This document shows, piece by piece, positions 56,086-64,000 of a DNA stretch of 64,000 nucleotides (its first letter is position 1; each line of letters begins with the position of its first letter). A model generated the notes under the pieces. That model was not told the DNA's origin. It was given only the letters and a program-made list of their open reading frames with translations, and made no database searches. The translations under genes and the position numbers were made by a program. The stretch covers positions 302,684,001 through 302,748,000 of the forward strand of contig OZ024743.1 of NCBI GenBank assembly GCA_964016885.1, in the 5' to 3' direction. The stretch is from Eledone cirrhosa (taxonomy: Eukaryota).

Positions 56086-56147
<62 letters not shown>

Positions 56148-56152
<5 letters not shown>

Positions 56153-59145
56153 TTATTTCGTTTCTGAATTTGTTTAGTAAGATCCTTTATCTGAAAGCGT
56201 GTATTGAAACCGACATTGTTAGACTTTAGGAGGGTCATGTTGCCAATGAGACACACACGCACCAGTTGCTTTCACTCCAATTTATTATGAATTAAATAAT
56301 AAATTTAAATATTTATAAATTTCCCGTTGGCTGGTTGGTTCCACAACCGGACGGTTGTTCATATATTGTCAAAGTTCTTTCGTCACACATTGTGTGACCT
56401 CTTCAGGGACGTGGGACTCTTTTCTTTGTTTTGTGCTTCTCCATTGTTCTGTCCTACGCCATCTTGTTTTTGTGTGTGTTGTGTGCTTAGTTTGCGCATG
56501 TGTTACATCTGGATGTCTGTGTGTGTTTTTATTTGTTTATTTATTTGTTTATTTACATGTTACTGGTTGGTTGGTTGTTCTATGTGTGTGTGTTTTCATT
56601 TTGTCCTTAATTGTAAGATGTGACTTTGCTATTCCATTCATGTTTTGTATTTAATTTTGGATGGAGTTCATTTATGTTTATTGCCTCTGTGAATTGTCTA
56701 AACATTGCGTCTTTTATGGGTGAAGATTTTATTTTTATTTTTATGTTCTCTAATTTTCCCTTATGTTCTATCTTAGCATGTTGGTGGAGTACTGATGACT
56801 CTTTTCTATCTTGAAGCCCTCGCCAGTGTTCATTTAATCGTTCTCCTATACTACGAGCTGTCTCACCTATGTACACTATATTCTTTCCTTTACATTGTCC
56901 TTCAGTACATCTTATGCTATATACTATGTTTCTAGTTTTACAGTTAATATGGGGGCTTAGTTTACAGATTATGCATTTCTTATCTATACAAGGAGGTCTT
57001 TGAAAAGGGTATATATTACTAATAAGTGTTTTTACGGAGGTACCTTGTCTTTCTACTATCTTATTATTGAGTTTATGTTTATCTAGGGCCCTTCTAGATG
57101 TGTAAGCTAATTCACCTCTAGGGGTTGTATTGATGAACATTACACTCTGGTATTTATTGCTATCATGCCATGAGTTTATTCTATTAAACTTATTTCTAGT
57201 TCTTTCTATTCTATTCCAAAATGTGCTCCTATACATGGGACAGGTCCCATTTGAATAATTATTTACCATTTTTTCCCATTTCGTTCTGGCTCCTCTATAT
57301 ACTTTGATTTTATCTCCTTGAGTGTAACCAGAGAACTGCATACGGTGGATGAATTGTTGTATGTATCTCTCTAGTTTTTTGGGGTTGCACATGCACAATC
57401 AGTATGTTGATTTTGGTGTGTTCCGAAACAGATGAGTTTCGGTGGGTCAGAGATTTGGAAGTCATGGGTTTGGCATAATGGAAACGGATGATTTGTATTT
57501 TGTTATTAATGGTATCTAACCAGAACATTGTGTCTAGTACAGATAATCGATGGTTTGGGTCTTTGCTTGGGTAGTCTAACATAAATCTAATACTCTGTTG
57601 GATGGAGTTAGTTGCTGGATTCTTTCCATGGTGTTTTTCTCTAATTCCTAACTGTTCTCTAGTGGGGGTGCTTTTACTACGTTGTTTATATCATCAACGT
57701 AGCGAGAGTACATTATCAGGTTTAAGAGGTTTCTGTCTTCTAATTATTCTTTAAGTTTATTGTCCCACCATACCATGATTAGGTTAGCTATGTCACCTGC
57801 AATGCTAACACCAATGGCCGCTCCTTCCTCTTGGGCATATGTTTTTCCATTAAATTTGAACATATGTTCCTTAAGGGTTAGTTTTATACCGAATGTGCAA
57901 TCATTTTCATTAGTTCATCATGGTTTTCGGAGGTCCGTATGGCTCTGGTCCACTGTTCCATCTTTCTGTGTCGGTTTTCTTGGCCATTGAGGTAATAGTA
58001 GGTGGTCTGCCTCTTGCTGGCCTTGTGGAACAGAGGTTGCTAAGGTTATATGTATCTAGATGATCATTACTATAAGTAAGTTTAAGTAGGAGTCCCAGCT
58101 TACTGGTATCAATCTCACCTAATTCAACTTTGCTCTCACCGATCATTTCTACGCATTTCTCCAGAGCGAAATCCACGTCAATGGATGGGTATAGGGAGAC
58201 AACATCCATAAAACTTATTATACAGTCTGTTAGATCCCTAGATAGGTTATTTTCGCTGATTCTGCTCGTGAGGTCCTCCGTGCTGTCACATATATACGGG
58301 GACATTTCAATGATAGGGCGTACGATCAAAGAGAGGAAGTAGGAAAGTATGTAGTTACTAGCAATGTTAGCTCCACAGGCTGGCGATGTTGGTGGTCATG
58401 TGACTGGGTCACTGTTCGTCTTCTGGTCTTTTCGAAGCCCATACGTTGCTGGCACGTCATTGTTGCAGGCCTGTAAGTTGTATGCAGTCCGTTTATTGAT
58501 CTGCATTATGTTTGTCCACATCATCATATGAGCGTTGAGGGTTTAATCCATTTCCTCATGCTATTGTGGTGTTACTTCACTTGTGTTAGTGATGTGGGGT
58601 TGCATTGCCTGGATGCAGTTTGACAGACTGTCAACCGACATTCTGCCAGACTTGTCTGTTGGAAAGCATGCAATCTTTTCATTAAGTGAGCGCTGCATGA
58701 GCTTACGCAAGCCATTTGCAGATTTTTCTCCCAGGTCCTGGGCCTCAATTCTAATTTGCTTTTTGCTATACTGTTCTATTATATTTCTAAGTTTAGATCT
58801 AGATATATTAAATTGTGCTTCTGTTTGTTCATCGACCTGCGACGGCAATTGCGTGCGTTTGTAAAAGCTAAAGTCGTGGCGTAGACTTGTCGTAGGTCGA
58901 AGGACATATCGGAAGGGTTATAAAAAGTAGAATTCCAGGCATTATGTGTTCTATTGCTATTGTTATAGTTATTTATGTTGTTTCTATTTATATTTCCACC
59001 AACAGCCTCATGGATGTTTCTATGTCTCTCATTATTACTCATGTCTCTTTCCTCTGCCTCATTGTTATTATCTACTCTATTTTGTGTGTCTGTGTGTTCG
59101 TCCTGGTTATTTTCTCTGTCAGTATCGATAGTCTCCCTTCTTCTT
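56148..59145 (-). mobile_element. PLE family B, 5'-truncated inverted copy (RT plus GIY-YIG plus pLTR)
   Basis: PTDKSGRM, FMDVVSLYPSI, YAQEEGAAIG, YSRYVDD, ORF 56607-57398 with YIGETARSIGERLNEH; HHR-like motif at 56368-56410. Confidence 0.92.
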
Positions 59146-59149
59146 TAAT

Positions 59150-62100
59150 TTTTTTTATTTATAATTTAATTCATAATAAATTGGAGTGAAAGCAACTTGT
59201 GCGTGTGTTTATTATTGGCATCATGACTCTCCCAAAGTATAACAATATCGATTTTAACAGACGTATTCAGATAAAGAATCTTGCTATATAAATTCAGAAA
59301 GGAAATATCGTAAGCCTTAGCCTAGCTAACAAGATACTGAAAACAACCATGTTCTATTGTCTAGGAAAGACAATAACAACTAGACAACTACACTTCATAA
59401 AAGAATGTGCCTCATTCCGAGTTTACACCAATACCATTAACACCGATGTAAGAATGTTACAACTTACCAAAAAACAAGCAGATATGCTAATTCTAAATAT
59501 ATAAAGAAGTTGTACAGAGAATTAAGACATCAAGAATACATAAGCGTAAGCTAGTACAAGGAATAACTAAGATCACCACACCAAAAGAAAAATTAGAATA
59601 TATAAATATTATACACGAAGAAGAGAAGTACATCATCCAAGAATGCAACAAACACTTTACCAATATATTAACGTGACTCAAACAGATGAAACTAAACCAA
59701 GAAACTTCAGGGAATAGAGATACCTCTCCAGATAGTATTGATGGTATAAGCATGGCCGACATACCATTAATAGACGAATTCAACAACAACAACACTAATA
59801 TATACCGCAACACTACAGTAGACCCTGATGAACTATCCATATTAGAGTTACCACCTAAATATGCAACATATAATAAGGTAAATATGATAAGATGCTTGTC
59901 AGAAATATAAAAATAATTTTCAAAATTACGTTGGAGTCACAAACACAACAACAATATAAACAAAATTAACCACATACGCACACGCACACAGACACACACA
60001 CACCAAACATACATCCCAACAACAGCAGACAAAAAGACACAAACAACGATAATAACAACAACACACAGAACAACAATAATAATATACACAGAGAAAAGAA
60101 GAGACACACAGGCACAAAAAAACAATAAAAACAACACACACAACAATAATAACAACATACACAGATAGAACAAAAATAACAACAACGACAATACACGTCG
60201 ACATCAACACATCAATAACAACAGATACACACACACACATCCTATGCCTCTCACCACCACCACGATCTTAACAGACAGACACAGAAAACAGATAATGACA
60301 GTAACACAGAAGTAAGGGAAGGTAATGGGATTGAAAGAAGAAGTGAGACTATCGATAATGACATAGAAAATAACCAGAACGAACACACAGACACACAAAA
60401 TAGAGTAGATAATAACAATAAGCCAGAGAAAAGAGACAGTAGTAATAATGAGAGACATAGAAACAACCGCGAGGCTGTTGGTGGAAATACAAATAGAAAC
60501 AACACAACTAACAATAACAATAGGAAATAGAACACATAATGCAGCAGCCTGGAATTCTACATTTTCTAATCCTTCCGATATGCCCTTCGACCTACGACGA
60601 GTCTACGACGCGACGTTAGCTTTTAACAAACGCACGCAATTGCCGTCGCAGGTCGATGAACAAACAGAAGCACAATTTAATATAGCTAGATCTAAACTTA
60701 GAAATATTATCGAACAGTATAGCAATAAGCAAAATAGAATGGAGGCCCAGCAACTGGGAGACAAATCTGCAAATGGCTTGAGTAAGCTAATGCAGCGCTC
60801 ACGTAATGGAGAGATTGCATGCTTTCCAACAGACAAGTCTGGCAGAATGTCGGTTGACAGTCTGTCAAACTACATCCAGGCAATGCAACCCACATCACTA
60901 ACACAAGAGAAGTAACACCACAAGAGCATGAGGATAGAGAGAAAACCCTCAAAGCTCATATGATGATGTGGAAAAACATAATGCAGCCCAATAAACGGAC
61001 TGCCAACAACTACCGGTCCTGGAACAATGAATTGCCAGGGTTGTATGGGCTTCGAAACGACCATAAGACGAACAGTGAACCAGTCACATGACCACCAACG
61101 CAGCAAGTCTATGGGGCTAACATTGCTAGTAACTACATACTTTCCTAATTCCTCTCCCTGATCGTACGCCCCATCATTAAAATGACCCCGGCTATATGTG
61201 ACAGCACGGAGGACCTCCCCAGCAGAATCAGCGACAATAACCGATCTAGGGACCTAACAGACAGTATAATAGGTTTTATGGATGTTGTCCCTCTATACCC
61301 ATCCATTGAAGTGGAATTTGCTGTGGAGAAATGCGTAGAAAGGATCAGTCAGAGCGTGGGATTGATACCAGTGAGCTGGGACTCCTACTTAAACTTACTT
61401 ATAGTAATTAATATCTAGATACGTATGACCTTAGCAACATCTTCCCCACAGGCCAGCAAGAGGCAGACCACCTTCCATTACCTCAATGGCCAAGAAAACC
61501 CATACAGAGAGATGAAACGGGTTGACCAGAGCCAAACGGACCCCAGAAAACCATGATGAACTAAAGAAAATGATTGAATTTGCGGTGGGGGCCAGTATAA
61601 AACTAACCCTTAAGGAACATATGTTCAAATTTAATGGAAAGACATATGCCCAAGAGGAGGGTGCAGCCATTGGTGTTAGCATTGCAGGTGACATTCCTAA
61701 CCTATTCATGGTATGTTTGGAAAATAAACGTAAAGAACAATTTGAAGACAGAAACCCCTTAAGCCTGATAAGGTACTCTCGCACCGTTGATGATATAAAC
61801 ATCGTAGTAAAAACACCCCCACTAGAGAACAGTTAGGAATTAGAGAAAAACACCATGGAAAGCATCCATCAAATAATTAACTCCATCCACCAGAGTATTA
61901 GAGTTTCTATAGACTACCCAAGCAAACACCCCAACCATCGAATACCTGTACTAGACACAGAGCTCTGGTTAGAATCCATTAATAACAAAAAACACATCCA
62001 CCATTTCCATTATGCCAAACCCATGACTTCCAGATATCTGATCCACCGAAACTCAGCTGTTTCGGATCACACCAATATAAACATACTGATTGCGGACTTA

Positions 62101-62284
62101 GTACGGGTGATGAGAAACGTGTCCCGCATGGGCAACCCCAAAAAACTACAGAGACACATACAACACATCATCCACCATATGCAGTTCTCAGGTTACAATC
62201 AGAGAGATAAAATCAGAGTATATACAGGAATATGTAATATATATATATTTAATGTTTGCGTATACATCTATATAATGTCGTTAC

Positions 62285-62328
<44 letters not shown>

Positions 62329-62542
62329 TACTGATAAAAAAACATGGAGATTTTCAATTGATTTCATAGAAAAATGTTCACATCATCCCCCAGTGTATCA
62401 CTGGTACCCTGTATATCATATTAACCCCATTTACCACTGGTACCCGTGTATTAACCACAGAAAGTTGACCGGGATTTAAACTAAATATTTTGTCTGACGT
62501 TCCACCGATTCTGTGAATCGCTCATATATCTTCTAATAGCGT

Positions 62543-62635
<93 letters not shown>

Positions 62636-62748
62636 CACACACAGACATATATAGAGAGAGGCAGCATTATATATATACACAGGGTGTCCCCAAAAGATGT
62701 ATACACATTTATGATTATGTTAATCGCTCATATATCGTCTAATAGCGT

Positions 62749-62805
<57 letters not shown>

Positions 62806-63460
62806 TATATAGAGGGAGGCAGCATTATATATATACACAGGGTGTCCCCAAAAGATGTATACACATTTATCTTCAAGATAGAAAAGAGTAATCAGTACTC
62901 CACCAACATGCTAAAATAGAACATAAGGTAAAAATTAGAGAACATAGTAACAAAAATAAAATCTACACACAGAAAAGACGCACTGTTTAGACAAAACACA
63001 AAGGCAATAAACATAAATGAACTCCAACCAAAATTATATAGAAAAGATGAATGGATTAGCCACGTCACAGTTTACAATTAAGGACAAAATGAAAACACAC
63101 ACACATAGAACAAAGAACCAACCAGTAATATGTAAATAAACAAATAAAACACACACAGCCACCCGGATGTAACACATGCGCAAACTAAGCACACAACGCA
63201 CACAAAAACAAGATGGTATAGGACAGAACAAAGGAGAGGCACAACACAAAGAAAACAATCCCCCGTAACTGAAGAGGTCACATAATATGTGACGAAAGAA
63301 CTTGGACAATATGTGAACAAACGTCCAGTTGTCGAACCATACAACCAACAGGAAATTTATAAATGTTTAAATTTATTATTTAATTCATGATAAATTGGAG
63401 TGGAAGCACTGGTGCGTGTGTTTCTTATTGGCAACATTACCCTCCGAAAGTATAACAATA
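59150..63460 (+). mobile_element. PLE family B, near full-length with pLTR sequence at both ends, interrupted at 62230-62870
   Basis: 59150-59260 repeats directly at 63355-63460. ORF remnants LELPPKYA, PTDKSGRM, MDVVPLYPSI, RYSRTVDD, HYAKPMTS; HHR-like motif at 63265-63307. Confidence 0.9.
62516..62870. repeat. Local tandem duplication containing a possible Tc1/mariner-like end (CAGGGTGTCCCCAAAA)
   Basis: AATCGCTCATATATC...CAGGGTGTCCCCAAAAGATGTATACACATTTAT occurs at 62517-62712 and 62722-62870. Confidence 0.6.
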
Positions 63461-63480
63461 TATATATATATATATATATA

Positions 63481-64000
<520 letters not shown>

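Noticed and set aside
62680-62700. Tc1/mariner transposon
   Set aside because: Only a TIR-like motif in direct duplication; no inverted partner or transposase remnant seen.

Overview
AT-rich eukaryotic (animal) intergenic or intronic DNA, saturated with (TA)n, (CA)n, (GA)n and (TATG)n microsatellites. The tRNA-derived SINEs resemble those of Octopus, so a cephalopod origin is likely (inference). There is no intact host gene, operon or CRISPR array, and most ORF-track entries are microsatellite translations. The window is dominated by Penelope-like retroelements (PLEs: reverse transcriptase plus C-terminal GIY-YIG endonuclease) of at least three lineages, all truncated or disrupted. Many are arranged as head-to-head inverted structures whose 3' ends run into (TA)n tracts. 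Reading by eye I find about 15 well-formed and about 10 variant or degenerate type I hammerhead ribozyme (HHR) motifs, mostly minimal ones with palindromic loop III. They lie in PLE pseudo-LTRs, in non-coding fold-back elements with an HHR in each arm, and in a tandem ~420-bp non-coding repeat family that looks like a retrozyme (candidate circRNA). Also present are an RTE-type LINE 3' end, several SINEs, degenerate tandem arrays and one or two possible host exons on the minus strand.
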